A DNA stretch of 63,709 nucleotides, counting the filler. It is 5 parts of 5 records of this genome, joined end to end, with 100 filler letters (N's around TTAATTAATTAA, not from the genome) between each part and the next. Parts side by side here need not be neighbours in the genome. Positions count along the whole stretch, not along the records: positions 1 to 15,957 come from SRR31156797_2228; 4 more parts are not named here. One strand, written 5' to 3'. Below the pieces are notes generated by a model, which worked only from the letters and a program-made list of their open reading frames with translations, did no database searches and was not told the DNA's origin. This document shows, piece after piece, positions 1-10,339 of the stretch. The first letter of the stretch is position 1. Each line of letters begins with the position of its first letter. The position numbers and the translations under genes are program-made.

Positions 1-1
1 A

Positions 2-286
2 CAAGGTGGAGATATGGTTAGAACAGGTGGAATTTCATATAAAATAAACCCTAAAGCTAAAATGGGTGAAAGAATATCTGAAATTACGCTAACTAAAAAT
101 GGCAAAAAACTAGAAGCCAACAAGATGTATAAGGTTGCTGGTTGGTCTACAGTTGGAGCTAAATCAGATGGTGAGCCAGTTTGGGAAACAGTTGAAACAT
201 ATCTAAGAAATGTAAAACATATCTCAAATCTTAAAGTTGACACTCCTGATATTGTTGGAGTTAAAGGTAACCCTGGAATCATCTAA
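2..286 (+). CDS. soxB: Thiosulfohydrolase SoxB, C-terminal fragment (5' truncated at window edge)
   Basis: The frame is open from base 2 and reads QGGDMVRTGG...YKVAGWS, the characteristic SoxB/5'-nucleotidase C-terminus. Typical sox accessory genes follow. Confidence 0.85.
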   Translation, partial: QGGDMVRTGGISYKINPKAKMGERISEITLTKNGKKLEANKMYKVAGWSTVGAKSDGEPVWETVETYLRNVKHISNLKVDTPDIVGVKGNPGII

Positions 287-287
287 G

Positions 288-311
288 AAGAAGAGATTTA
301 CTCTCTTCTTT
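288..311 (+). terminator. Stem-loop after soxB
   Basis: AAGAAGAGA/TCTCTTCTT 9-bp inverted repeat directly after the stop codon. Confidence 0.6.
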
Positions 312-331
312 AATTTAAGAAAGGGATTATT

Positions 332-1126
332 ATGATTTTAAGAGGATTCTTACTACTATTTTTTATTTCATCTTTTTTATTTGCTAGCTTCCATGAAGGT
401 CAAAAAGTATTTCAAGAAAAATGCGCTTCTTGCCACAAAGACTATATATCTTTTAAAAAACTAAAAGAAAACTTTTTTGAGAGAAACAATACTCTTTTGA
501 ATTTAAAAACTCCAACAGAGAATATGTTAGCTTGGGCAATTATACATAGTCCTAAAAAAATTGGTGACCCAAATGACAAAGAGATGAGACAATTGGAGAT
601 TCAAGATTTTTTAAAAGAATACTTAGCTAATCCAGATTTGGATGATAGTATTTGTGATACTCATGTCTTGAAATATTATGATAAGAAAAAACCTATGAAA
701 ATCACTGAAGAGGAAGCTTCTTTATTAGCTGATTATTTTATGGAGTATAAAGAACATAGACTAAAATCTGCACCAAATAAAATAAAAGTTTTAACAAAAA
801 ATTATGATGAAAAAGAGATATTATCAAATGCTCTTGAAGAAGGTAAACATATAATTGTTTATGCTACTTCTCAAAGCTGTTATTTTTGTAAAAAGATGAA
901 AAAAGAGGTTTTATCTTTAAAAAAAGTACAAGATAAAATAGATGAAGACTATATATTTGTAGAGGTTGATGTAGACTTTATAAAACTACCTTTTGGATTA
1001 AATGCAAAATTCAAAGGGATGACTCCTACATTTTTTATTTTAACTAATAGTGCTGAGTTATTAAATATATATCCAGGAGCTTGGGTTGAAAAAGATTTTC
1101 TAGAGATATTAAAGGAAAACTTATAA
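332..1126 (+). CDS. Periplasmic cytochrome c + thioredoxin-fold (SoxW-like) fusion
   Basis: Signal peptide, CASCH haem-binding motif, and a C-terminal CYFC...TPTF thioredoxin motif. Confidence 0.75.
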   Translation: MILRGFLLLFFISSFLFASFHEGQKVFQEKCASCHKDYISFKKLKENFFERNNTLLNLKTPTENMLAWAIIHSPKKIGDPNDKEMRQLEIQDFLKEYLANPDLDDSICDTHVLKYYDKKKPMKITEEEASLLADYFMEYKEHRLKSAPNKIKVLTKNYDEKEILSNALEEGKHIIVYATSQSCYFCKKMKKEVLSLKKVQDKIDEDYIFVEVDVDFIKLPFGLNAKFKGMTPTFFILTNSAELLNIYPGAWVEKDFLEILKENL

Positions 1127-1557
1127 TGAAAGTATTAGATACTTTTAGTGCAAAAAAAGCTCAAAGTGGCTTACCAAGACCAAAAGTTGAAAGCCTTAAT
1201 TTAATTGTAGATTTTGGTATAGAGTTTGACAAGTTTGCAGGTAAAGATATTGAAAAAAGTGTAATGGTAGTAGGAAAATATAGTTACGATTTAGCAAAAG
1301 AAAATAATATAGATTTAGAGTATGGAAGTTTAGGAGAAAATATTCTTTTAGATTTTAATCCCCACGATTATCCTGATGGAAGTAAATTTAAGATAGGAAA
1401 TACTATCATAGAAATAACTGAATCTTGTAGTATTTGCAATCATTTGAGTGTTTTTGATGATGATTTGCCTATATTACTTCAAGATTGTAGAGGTTTATAT
1501 TGTAAAATAATACAAAGTGGACTCATACAAAAAGATATGAGTGTAGAGATTCAATAA
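1126..1557 (+). CDS. MOSC domain protein
   Basis: GSLGENI and CSIC...RGLYCKII motifs. Confidence 0.8.
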   Translation: MKVLDTFSAKKAQSGLPRPKVESLNLIVDFGIEFDKFAGKDIEKSVMVVGKYSYDLAKENNIDLEYGSLGENILLDFNPHDYPDGSKFKIGNTIIEITESCSICNHLSVFDDDLPILLQDCRGLYCKIIQSGLIQKDMSVEIQ

Positions 1558-1574
1558 AACAAAAAAGGAAAAGC

Positions 1575-2012
1575 ATGAAAAAAATCATTTTATTTGCACT
1601 ATTGAGTATTTTTGCATTTGCAGAATCTACTTTTAGTGATCCACAACCTACATTTGACAATCCAAGAAAAATCGCTTTTCAGATTTATGATTCTGACTTA
1701 AAAAAAGTGAATCATAATTTAAGCACTATATACAATATCTTAAAAGAGTATCCAGAAGAGAGTTTAAAAGTTGTAGTTATAACTTATGGAAACGGGGTAA
1801 GAGCTTTAAAAAAAGATTATGATAAGAAAACATTGACAAGAATTAACTCACTTATGGAGTATGATGTGGAGTTTATTGTTTGTAAAAATACAATGGATAC
1901 GATGAACTGGACAAAAGATGATTTTATTGATGATGTATCTTATGTACAAGCAGGAATTGTAGAACTTGTAGAGAGGGAAGTTGCTGGATATAAGGCTATT
2001 CTTGCATATTAA
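1575..2012 (+). CDS. Exported DsrE-family protein
   Basis: Signal peptide, VITYGNG, CKNTM and YVQAGIVEL motifs. Confidence 0.8.
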   Translation: MKKIILFALLSIFAFAESTFSDPQPTFDNPRKIAFQIYDSDLKKVNHNLSTIYNILKEYPEESLKVVVITYGNGVRALKKDYDKKTLTRINSLMEYDVEFIVCKNTMDTMNWTKDDFIDDVSYVQAGIVELVEREVAGYKAILAY

Positions 2013-2095
2013 AATAATTTATAAGTATATTGTCTAGTATAAAAAATAAATTATTTTATAAGAGTACTTTTATAGAATATTTAAAAGGAGTTATT

Positions 2096-2875
2096 ATGTT
2101 AAATAAAATCACTTTATTTCTGATTGGATTTGTATTTACACTATCTTTGCAGGCTGAAAAAGTTACAAAAGAAGAGTGTATAAAAAAAGACAACTTCATT
2201 TTCGCAGGTGGTGAGTGTATTGAATATAGAGTATACAAAGGAGAATCAAACGAACATATTATGGTTTTGATTCACGGAACTTGGCCTGATGGTACAAATA
2301 CATTAGGTAGATATGCACCATTTGCTGAAACAATGAATATGAATACAGATTTAACAACTATTGCCGTTGCCTTACCTGGTTACTCTAACTCTTCAACAAA
2401 CAATTTTACAGCCTTAGCTCACGAAGGAGTTAAAAACTTAGCTGCTAAAAAAGAGTATGTAGAGTTCTTAGGAGAGTTAATTAAAGAATTAAAAACAAAA
2501 TTTGGTGCTAGTACTGTTACTTATATAGGACACAGTGCAGGGGCTATGATGGGTGCGACACTTTTAGGTTTAGAACCAGACTTAATCCAAAACATTGCAC
2601 TTGCAGGTGGTAGATATGATATTCATAAAGAGGAAGAAGGTGATTTAATCTCTTTAGTTGATGTCATAGACGATGTAAATAAAGAAACAAAGATTTTATT
2701 TATCTATGGAACAAAAGATGAGATATCAAAACCTGAAATAACTACATCATTTTATAAAATTGCAAAAGATAAAGGCTTAAATGCAAAACTAATAAAAGTT
2801 GAAAATGCACCTCACTTAGACTTAGATATGACTGATACTTCAGTTGAAGCAATTACAGAAATGGTAGAAGAGTAA
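2096..2875 (+). CDS. Exported alpha/beta hydrolase
   Basis: AAGGAG RBS before ATG 2096, signal peptide, GHSAG nucleophile elbow, GTKD and PH catalytic motifs. Confidence 0.8.
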   Translation: MLNKITLFLIGFVFTLSLQAEKVTKEECIKKDNFIFAGGECIEYRVYKGESNEHIMVLIHGTWPDGTNTLGRYAPFAETMNMNTDLTTIAVALPGYSNSSTNNFTALAHEGVKNLAAKKEYVEFLGELIKELKTKFGASTVTYIGHSAGAMMGATLLGLEPDLIQNIALAGGRYDIHKEEEGDLISLVDVIDDVNKETKILFIYGTKDEISKPEITTSFYKIAKDKGLNAKLIKVENAPHLDLDMTDTSVEAITEMVEE

Positions 2876-2959
2876 ACAACTCTTTTATCATTTTACTTAC
2901 AAAAAAACTTCATATTAGCAAAGCTATAGTAATATTAATAATTACATATAGGATTTTTT

Positions 2960-4120
2960 ATGGATAAAAAGAAAGAGATATTTTTTAATTTAAACAATTT
3001 TTTATTGGCATTGTCAACACCACTAGATTATGTTGCAAAAGAAAAGTTTGCAGTAAAGTTTGGTAACTCAAAAAGAGTTGCATATGTTGCTGTAAAACTA
3101 GCCCAACAGTTCAATTTTGAACCAAAATATTTAAGTGATTTATGCTCTTATTCATTTTTGCATAATATTGCTCTTTTGAAGACTGAAAATATTGACAAAG
3201 ATTTTTGTAATATTAGTAATAGCTATGCAAGTAAATTTCCTTTTTTAATTGAAGCAAAAGATATATTGAAATTCCATTGTGAAAACTACGATGGAAGTGG
3301 AGTTTTTGGTTTAAAAGGAGATGAAATACCACTTTTCTCACAGTTTATCTCTTTTGCAAATCTTATTGATAAAAAATTTGATTTTTCTAATAAAGATATC
3401 CATAATAGAGTTTTTATATTGGATTTTGTAAAGGAAAATGAAAACAAACTTTTTTCATCTGATATAGTTGAAAGTTTTATAGAGCTTTCAAAAACTGAAA
3501 GTTTTTGGCTAGATTTACAAAATGAACAAGAGATGTTAAGTGCAACATTTAGTACATTTCTTGATTATACTGAACATATAACTTTTGAGAACTTATTAAA
3601 ACTGTGCGAATTATATTTTAATCTTTTAGAAGAAGAAAAACCCTTAATCCTAAACTGTGAAAAAGCTGCTGATTTTTATGGATTTGAGCATAAAGACAAG
3701 CTTACATTTCAAATTGCAGCATCATTGTCAAATATAGGGAAAATGTTTGTTCCTAAAGAGATTCTTTATAAAAAAGATACTCTTACAAAAGAGGAGTTTG
3801 CTTTAATAAAATCTTATCCATATAAAACAAAACAGGTTTTAACACATATATTAGGCTTCAATGATATTATCTCTTGGTCAAGTGCAATTCAAGAGAATAT
3901 AAATAAAACAGGATATCCTTTTTGCTTTGAAGCAAAAGACCTAAGTTTTAAGCATCGTTTATTATCTGTACTTAATATCTATTCATCTTTAATAAGTACT
4001 AAATCATATAGAAAAGCATATTCAAAAGAAGAAGCAATAAAGATTTTAGAAGAGTTAGCACTTAATAAGAAGATTGATAAATCTATTGTTGATGATTTCA
4101 AAGAGATATTCAAGATATAA
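2960..4120 (+). CDS. Tandem HD-GYP domain protein with degenerate metal sites
   Basis: HCENYDGSG and GYP motifs are present; the HD positions read HN and SN. Confidence 0.7.
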   Translation: MDKKKEIFFNLNNFLLALSTPLDYVAKEKFAVKFGNSKRVAYVAVKLAQQFNFEPKYLSDLCSYSFLHNIALLKTENIDKDFCNISNSYASKFPFLIEAKDILKFHCENYDGSGVFGLKGDEIPLFSQFISFANLIDKKFDFSNKDIHNRVFILDFVKENENKLFSSDIVESFIELSKTESFWLDLQNEQEMLSATFSTFLDYTEHITFENLLKLCELYFNLLEEEKPLILNCEKAADFYGFEHKDKLTFQIAASLSNIGKMFVPKEILYKKDTLTKEEFALIKSYPYKTKQVLTHILGFNDIISWSSAIQENINKTGYPFCFEAKDLSFKHRLLSVLNIYSSLISTKSYRKAYSKEEAIKILEELALNKKIDKSIVDDFKEIFKI

Positions 4121-4336
4121 ATAAGCTTAAGCCTAAAATATATGGTTTAAGTAACAAATATAAAATATTAGGAGTACATCTATTTCAAGAAGATATATAA
4201 TATATTAAAAATAAATTAATATAAATCTCTTATCTCTCTCAGTCACATTTACTATCACTTAAATACTTTAATCTTTCATCTTGTTTAATTAATATACAGC
4301 ATTTTATTTAAATTAAGTTTTGTTTAATAAAGCTAT

Positions 4337-4369
4337 TGATATATATCTGATATACTTTTGATATATCAG
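4337..4369. promoter_or_regulatory. Candidate GntR operator upstream of the hydroxyproline operon
   Basis: CTGATATA-N7-TATATCAG inverted repeat (4347-4369) overlapping the TGATATATCA palindrome (4359-4368), plus a further TGATATA at 4337. Confidence 0.5.
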
Positions 4370-4458
4370 TAATATTTTAATAAAATATATTGAAGATATA
4401 TAATTAAAAAGATGAAAAGAATAATGTTAAATTATTTATTTGACAAAAAGGTAATATA

Positions 4459-5427
4459 ATGGAAAGAACTAGTACAGATTGGCTTTATACGGTTATGCCA
4501 GCGGTATTTACATGGTTTAAAGAGTCAGAATCAGGTGCACTTGAAATTGATTTTGAAGAAACAAAAAGACAGGCTGAATATGTTTTAAAAGCTCAAGGAA
4601 TAGGTGGAAGCAAAATGGGTGGACTTGTTGCTTCTGGTACTTTAGGTGAAAATAGTTATTTAAGTAACGAACAGAGACTTTCTTTACTTGAATCACTTTC
4701 TGAAGTTGCTAAGGAAAACAATGTACCTTTAATCAGTGGAGCTTCGGCAGAAACTAAAGAAGAGATTGCCAAAATCATTACAGGATTAGCAAAAGTTGGT
4801 GTAGATACTGTTATGGTTATGCCTCCAAAAACTAAAGAAACTCCTAGTGATGAAGATATGTATGCTTATTATGCTCTTGCTGCTACAGCTGCAAAAGAGG
4901 CAGGAGTGACAATAATGCCTTATAATAATCCTGATGCAGCTGGATATCATGCAATCTCAACAAAAACTCTTATTAACCTGGCTGCTTTACCTGAAGTAGC
5001 TGCTCTTAAGATATCAACAATAGATGTCTCTATTATTGAAACACTATTATTAGTGAACAAAGATTTAAAAATCTTGGCAGGTGTTGACACTGTAACTGTA
5101 TATGCTGGACTTGCTGGAGCATGCGGTGGAATTACAGGTGTAGGTACTATCTTCCCAAAAGCTAGTATTACTATGCAGGAGTATGTTTTAAAAGGAGAAT
5201 GGGATGAGGCTCTAAAAGTTTCTCAGGCTATGAACTCAATTTCATATCTTGATGGTCAGCCACTTCTTATGGAATACCTAAAATTTGCAATGGGACTTCA
5301 TCATAATGATGTTGATGGAGCACTTCGTACTCTTGGTAAGAAATTAACTAAAGAGCAAATTGAAGATGTTCAAGCAAGATATATTCTAGCAAAAGAAAGA
5401 ATTGAAAGCTTAGGTTTATTAGATTAA
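4459..5427 (+). CDS. DHDPS/NAL-family enzyme, probable 1-pyrroline-4-hydroxy-2-carboxylate deaminase
   Basis: GTLGE, YNNP and the Schiff-base Lys (ALKIS); operon context. Confidence 0.75.
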   Translation: MERTSTDWLYTVMPAVFTWFKESESGALEIDFEETKRQAEYVLKAQGIGGSKMGGLVASGTLGENSYLSNEQRLSLLESLSEVAKENNVPLISGASAETKEEIAKIITGLAKVGVDTVMVMPPKTKETPSDEDMYAYYALAATAAKEAGVTIMPYNNPDAAGYHAISTKTLINLAALPEVAALKISTIDVSIIETLLLVNKDLKILAGVDTVTVYAGLAGACGGITGVGTIFPKASITMQEYVLKGEWDEALKVSQAMNSISYLDGQPLLMEYLKFAMGLHHNDVDGALRTLGKKLTKEQIEDVQARYILAKERIESLGLLD

Positions 5428-5473
5428 TCCTTATTAAAAAATTTAATACCAGCATTATAAAAAAGGATATAAA

Positions 5474-7057
5474 ATGAGTTTACATGGTAAAAACTTTATA
5501 GGAAATATATTATCAGCAAATGGTGATAAAGGTAGCAAGATATATGATATTCACTCTAACGAACCACTAGAGGGAGTATTTTATCATGCTACAAAAGAAG
5601 AGGTTGATGAAGCTTTAGAAAAAGCAAATTTAGCTTTTTTTGTATACAAAGAAAAAACTCAAGCTCAAAGAGCAGAGTTTTTAGAAACTATTGCTGATGA
5701 GATTATAAATCTTGGTGATGAACTTATAGTAAGAACTATTGCAGAATCAAATCTTCCAAGACCACGAATTGAAGGTGAGAGAGGAAGAACAGTAGGACAA
5801 CTTAGAATGTTTGCAAATCTTTTAAAAGAAGGTTCTTGGGTTGAAGCTACAATAGACGAAGCATTACCAGATAGAAAACCTCTTCCTAGAAATGATTTAA
5901 GAAAAATGTTAAGACCTATTGGAGTTGTTTCAGTATTTGAAGCTAGTAACTTTCCTTTAGCATTTGCTTGTGCGGGTGGAGATACAGCTTCAGCATTAGC
6001 TGCTGGGTGTCCAGTTATTGTAAAAGCTCACTCTTCACATAGTGGAACATCAGAGCTTATTGCAACTGCTATTATAGAAGCTGTAAAAAAATGTAATATG
6101 CCAGATGGTACATTTTCAATGGTTCATGGTGGTGGAAGAACAGTTGGTCAACAAATAGTACTTCATGAAGTAGTAAAAGCTGTAGGTTTTACAGGTTCAA
6201 CTCAAGGTGGTATGAAACTATTTGAACTTGCAAATCAAAGAAAAACTCCAATTCCAGTGTTTGCAGAAATGGGTAGTATAAATCCTTGTTTATTTTTACC
6301 ATCAGCTTTAAAAGATACTAAAAATATGGCAGAACTTTATGCTAGTTCTATTACTGTTGGTGTTGGGCAGTTTTGTACAAATCCTGGATTGATTTTATTA
6401 GTAAAAGATGAAAATTCAGATGCTTTTAAATCTGAATTAGCAAAATCAATTGAAGAAATTTCTCCTTCTACTATGTTATCAAGTGGTATACAACAAGCTT
6501 TTGAAAAATCAAAAACTGATGCATTGTCTCAAGAAGATATTGTGTTATTAGGTGAATCAAAACTTAAAAATACAAGAGCTGAAGGTAGACCAACAGTTGC
6601 TTGTGTTACTGCAAAAACATTTATCTCTAATCCAAAATTTCATGAAGAGATTTTTGGTCCATATTCACTTGTTGTCGAGTGTGAAAGCAAAGATGAACTT
6701 GATTTAGCTATTGAATCTTTAGAGGGACAATTAACTGCAACAGTTATGGGTGAAGAGCCTGATATGCTTGAGTTTAAAAAACAGATATTTTCTTTAGAAA
6801 ATAGATGTGGAAGAATTCTTTTCAATGGAGTTCCAACAGGAGTTGAAGTTTGTCACTCTATGCAACATGGAGGTCCTTTCCCTGCAGCAACTGATTCAAG
6901 ATTTACATCAGTTGGTACAGGAGCTATTAGAAGATTTGTTAGACCTGTTTGTTTCCAAGATTGTCCAAACTCATTACTTCCAGAAGAACTAAAAGATGAA
7001 AATCCTTTAGAGATTCTAAGAATAGTAAATGATAAGCATACAAGAGAATCATTATGA
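5474..7057 (+). CDS. NADP-dependent alpha-ketoglutaric semialdehyde dehydrogenase
   Basis: ASNFPLAF, GFTGS, EMGSINP, GQFCTNPG, EIFGP and HGGPFPA motifs of the KGSADH subfamily. Confidence 0.9.
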   Translation: MSLHGKNFIGNILSANGDKGSKIYDIHSNEPLEGVFYHATKEEVDEALEKANLAFFVYKEKTQAQRAEFLETIADEIINLGDELIVRTIAESNLPRPRIEGERGRTVGQLRMFANLLKEGSWVEATIDEALPDRKPLPRNDLRKMLRPIGVVSVFEASNFPLAFACAGGDTASALAAGCPVIVKAHSSHSGTSELIATAIIEAVKKCNMPDGTFSMVHGGGRTVGQQIVLHEVVKAVGFTGSTQGGMKLFELANQRKTPIPVFAEMGSINPCLFLPSALKDTKNMAELYASSITVGVGQFCTNPGLILLVKDENSDAFKSELAKSIEEISPSTMLSSGIQQAFEKSKTDALSQEDIVLLGESKLKNTRAEGRPTVACVTAKTFISNPKFHEEIFGPYSLVVECESKDELDLAIESLEGQLTATVMGEEPDMLEFKKQIFSLENRCGRILFNGVPTGVEVCHSMQHGGPFPAATDSRFTSVGTGAIRRFVRPVCFQDCPNSLLPEELKDENPLEILRIVNDKHTRESL

Positions 7058-7992
7058 GATTTATTGAAAAAGAAGATGTAATTAAAGCCTTGGATTATCC
7101 ATCGTTAATTGAAGCTTTAAAAGAGGCATTTATTAATGAAATAAATGTTCCTTCAAGATTACATTTTGATTTTAAAAACCCACAAGAGGGTATTGATTCT
7201 ACATTACTTCTAATGCCTGCATGGCAAGAAGGAGTCAGTGTAGGAACAAAAATTTTAACAGTAAGTCCTAATAATGCAAAATATAATTTACCAGCTATTA
7301 ATGGAATATATATTCTTTTTGATGGACACAAAGGTGAACTTCAAGCAGTTATTGATGGTAAACCTTTAACATCAAAAAGAACAGCAGCAGCTTCTGCACT
7401 AGCTAGTTCTTATTTATCAAGAGAAGATTCAAAGTCTATGTTGATGATAGGAACAGGAGCATTAAGTAGCGAACTTATAAAAGCTCATAGTTGTGTCAGA
7501 GATTTAAAAGAGATTTATATTTGGGGTAGAGATAAAAACAAAGCCCAAAAAGTAGCAGATTCTTTACCTGAATACAATATTCAGGTGATAGATAATATTG
7601 AAGATAAAATTTCTGAAGTTGATATTGTTTCTTGTGCAACACTTAGTATTAATCCTTTGATTTTTGGAAAAAATATAAAAGAGGGACAACATTATGATTT
7701 AGTTGGAGCTTATAAACCAGATATGAGAGAAGCTGATGATGAGTTTATAAAAAGTGTTGATATTTTTATAGATACAAATATGGCTAAAAAAGAATCAGGT
7801 GAAATAAAAATTCCTTTGGAAAATAAGATAATATCTGACGAAAATTTTAAGGCTGATTTGTTTGATTTAACAAGAGGTAAAAAAGAGGGAAGAGTAAATG
7901 ATTCTCAAATTACACTTTTTAAATCAGTTGGGCATGGATTGGAAGATTTAGCCGCGGCAAGATTAGTATATGAGAAAGTAACTAGGAGTTAA
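7054..7992 (+). CDS. Ornithine cyclodeaminase/mu-crystallin family, probable 1-pyrroline-2-carboxylate reductase
   Basis: LLMPAW, RTAAAS, GTG and FKSVGHGLEDLAAA motifs. Confidence 0.8.
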   Translation: MRFIEKEDVIKALDYPSLIEALKEAFINEINVPSRLHFDFKNPQEGIDSTLLLMPAWQEGVSVGTKILTVSPNNAKYNLPAINGIYILFDGHKGELQAVIDGKPLTSKRTAAASALASSYLSREDSKSMLMIGTGALSSELIKAHSCVRDLKEIYIWGRDKNKAQKVADSLPEYNIQVIDNIEDKISEVDIVSCATLSINPLIFGKNIKEGQHYDLVGAYKPDMREADDEFIKSVDIFIDTNMAKKESGEIKIPLENKIISDENFKADLFDLTRGKKEGRVNDSQITLFKSVGHGLEDLAAARLVYEKVTRS

Positions 7993-7993
7993 T

Positions 7994-8998
7994 ATGTCTT
8001 GTAAAACATTTTTTTGTGTAGATGCACACACTTGTGGAAATCCAGTAAGAGTAGTTTGTGGGGGAGCACCTTTACTTAAGGGTGCAAATATGAGCGAAAA
8101 AAGACAACACTTTTTAAAAGAGTTTGATTGGATTAGAAAAGGTTTGATGTTTGAACCAAGAGGTCACGATATGATGAGTGGTTCAATAGTTTTTCAACCA
8201 AGTAGCGATGAGTATGATGTATCAATTCTGTTTATTGAAACGAGTGGGTGTCTACCAATGTGTGGACATGGAACAATAGGAACAGTTACTGTTCTAATAG
8301 AAAAAGAGATTGTTACACCTAAAAAAGAGGGAGAATTAAGAATCGAAACTCCTGCTGGATTAGTTGTAGCAACATATAAAAGAGATGAAAAAGATAGAGT
8401 TAAGTCTGTAAAAATTGTAAATATTCCATCTTTTTTACACTCAACAAATCTTGAAGTTGAATCATCAGTATTAGGTAAATTAACTGTTGATGTAGCGTAT
8501 GGAGGTAACTTTTATGCAATTGTTGAACCTCAAGAAAACTTTGCAGGTATGGAAAACTATACAGCAAGTGAACTTATCTCAATGAGCAAAGAGTTAAGAG
8601 ATAAGTTAAATGAAAAATATACATTTGTTCATCCTCAAAATGAGACGATTTGTGGATTATCTCATATTGAATGGACAGGAAAAACCATTGATGATGATTC
8701 AACAGCTAGAAATGCTGTTTTTTATGGAGATAAAGCAATTGATAGATCTCCTTGTGGAACAGGTACTAGTGCAAGAATGGCTCAATGGTATTCAAGAGGG
8801 ATGTTAAAAAAAGGTGATGAATTTATTCATGAAAGTATTATTGGGTCTAAATTTATAGGAAGAATAGAAAAAGAGGTTCAGTTAGCTGATTATAAAGCAA
8901 TTGTTCCATCTATTGAGGGATGGGCAAAAATTACTGGATTAAATACTATTACAATTGACGATGATGATCCATATGCACATGGTTTTCAGGTGATATAA
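7994..8998 (+). CDS. 4-hydroxyproline 2-epimerase (proline racemase family)
   Basis: Both catalytic Cys motifs are present (MCGH, DRSPCGTG), plus EPRGH. Confidence 0.9.
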   Translation: MSCKTFFCVDAHTCGNPVRVVCGGAPLLKGANMSEKRQHFLKEFDWIRKGLMFEPRGHDMMSGSIVFQPSSDEYDVSILFIETSGCLPMCGHGTIGTVTVLIEKEIVTPKKEGELRIETPAGLVVATYKRDEKDRVKSVKIVNIPSFLHSTNLEVESSVLGKLTVDVAYGGNFYAIVEPQENFAGMENYTASELISMSKELRDKLNEKYTFVHPQNETICGLSHIEWTGKTIDDDSTARNAVFYGDKAIDRSPCGTGTSARMAQWYSRGMLKKGDEFIHESIIGSKFIGRIEKEVQLADYKAIVPSIEGWAKITGLNTITIDDDDPYAHGFQVI

Positions 8999-8999
8999 A

Positions 9000-10250
9000 A
9001 TGAAAGAAATAGCAATAGTTGGAGGGGGAATAAGTGGACTTTTCTCTGCTTATTTTCTACATAAAAGCGGACATAAGGTTACAGTTTTAGAATCAAATAA
9101 AATTGGAGTTGAATGCTCTTATGGAAATGCAGGTTTAATTGTACCAAGCCATTTCGAAGCATTAGCAAATCCGGGAGTTCTAAAAAAAGGTTTAAAATGG
9201 ATGTTAAATCCTAACTCTCCATTTTTTTTAAAGCCTAGATTTGATTTAGATTTAGTTAAATGGATTTTTAGATTTAACTCTTTTTGTACAAAAAAGCATG
9301 TTGAAAATAACAAATATTTTTTAAGAGATATTAGTCTTTACAGTACAGCTTTATATAAAGAACTTCTTGGAAATGAAGATTTTGACTTTGATTATAAAAA
9401 TACAGGTCTATTAATGATGTGTAAAGAGGAAAAGACTCTTTTAGAGGAAGAACATCTTATCAAAGAAGCGAATGAATTAGGTCTAAAAGGAAAGATATTA
9501 AATAAAGAAGATATCAAAAAGATAGAGCCAAATGCATCTTTTGATGTTTTAGGAGCTGCATATTATGAAGATGATGGAAGAGTTCAGCCTTATGACTTAA
9601 TTATAGCTATTAAAAACTATTTAGAAAGTGAAGGGGTTGTATTTAAAGAGGATTGCAAAATTGAAGATATAAACCTTTCAGGCTCAAAAATAGATTCTTT
9701 GGTTGATAATGATGGTGTTAAGTATGTTGCTGATGAATATATATTTGCAACAGGTGTTTTTACTGCAAATATAGCTAAAAAATTTAAATTGAATATTCCT
9801 ATGCAAGGTGGGAAAGGGTTCTCTTTTACAGTTAAGAAAAATGATGCTTTAAATTTTTCTACACCTATGATTTTAGCTGAAGAGAAAGTTGCAATCACTC
9901 CATATGATTCTTATGTAAGGTTTGCTGGTACTATGATGATTTGTGGAGAGGATAAAAGTATTGTTGATAGAAGAGTTAACAATATTAGAAATGCTTCAAA
10001 CAATTATATAAACAATGCAAATATACAAAAAAATGATATGGAAGATTTATGGGCAGGTTTAAGACCTTGTTCTCCTGATGGTATTCCTTATATTGGTAGA
10101 AGTAAAGAGTTTTCAAACTTAATTATAGCTACAGGACATGCAATGATTGGAATATCTTTAGGACCATCAACTGGGAAAATTGTAACTTCATTGGTAAATG
10201 AAGAAAAGCCAGATATAGATATTGAGAAAATGAATCTTTATAGATTTTGA
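9000..10250 (+). CDS. FAD-dependent D-amino acid dehydrogenase, probable D-hydroxyproline dehydrogenase
   Basis: GGGISG dinucleotide fold, SYGNAG, GLRPCSPDG and ATGH motifs. Confidence 0.85.
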   Translation: MKEIAIVGGGISGLFSAYFLHKSGHKVTVLESNKIGVECSYGNAGLIVPSHFEALANPGVLKKGLKWMLNPNSPFFLKPRFDLDLVKWIFRFNSFCTKKHVENNKYFLRDISLYSTALYKELLGNEDFDFDYKNTGLLMMCKEEKTLLEEEHLIKEANELGLKGKILNKEDIKKIEPNASFDVLGAAYYEDDGRVQPYDLIIAIKNYLESEGVVFKEDCKIEDINLSGSKIDSLVDNDGVKYVADEYIFATGVFTANIAKKFKLNIPMQGGKGFSFTVKKNDALNFSTPMILAEEKVAITPYDSYVRFAGTMMICGEDKSIVDRRVNNIRNASNNYINNANIQKNDMEDLWAGLRPCSPDGIPYIGRSKEFSNLIIATGHAMIGISLGPSTGKIVTSLVNEEKPDIDIEKMNLYRF

Positions 10251-10339
10251 TTAAGGAGGGTACTGTAATAAAAAATATAGTACATGTATGCAAAAGAAGA
10301 AGAAAGCTTTGAAATCAAAATAAAAAAAGGAAGATTATT

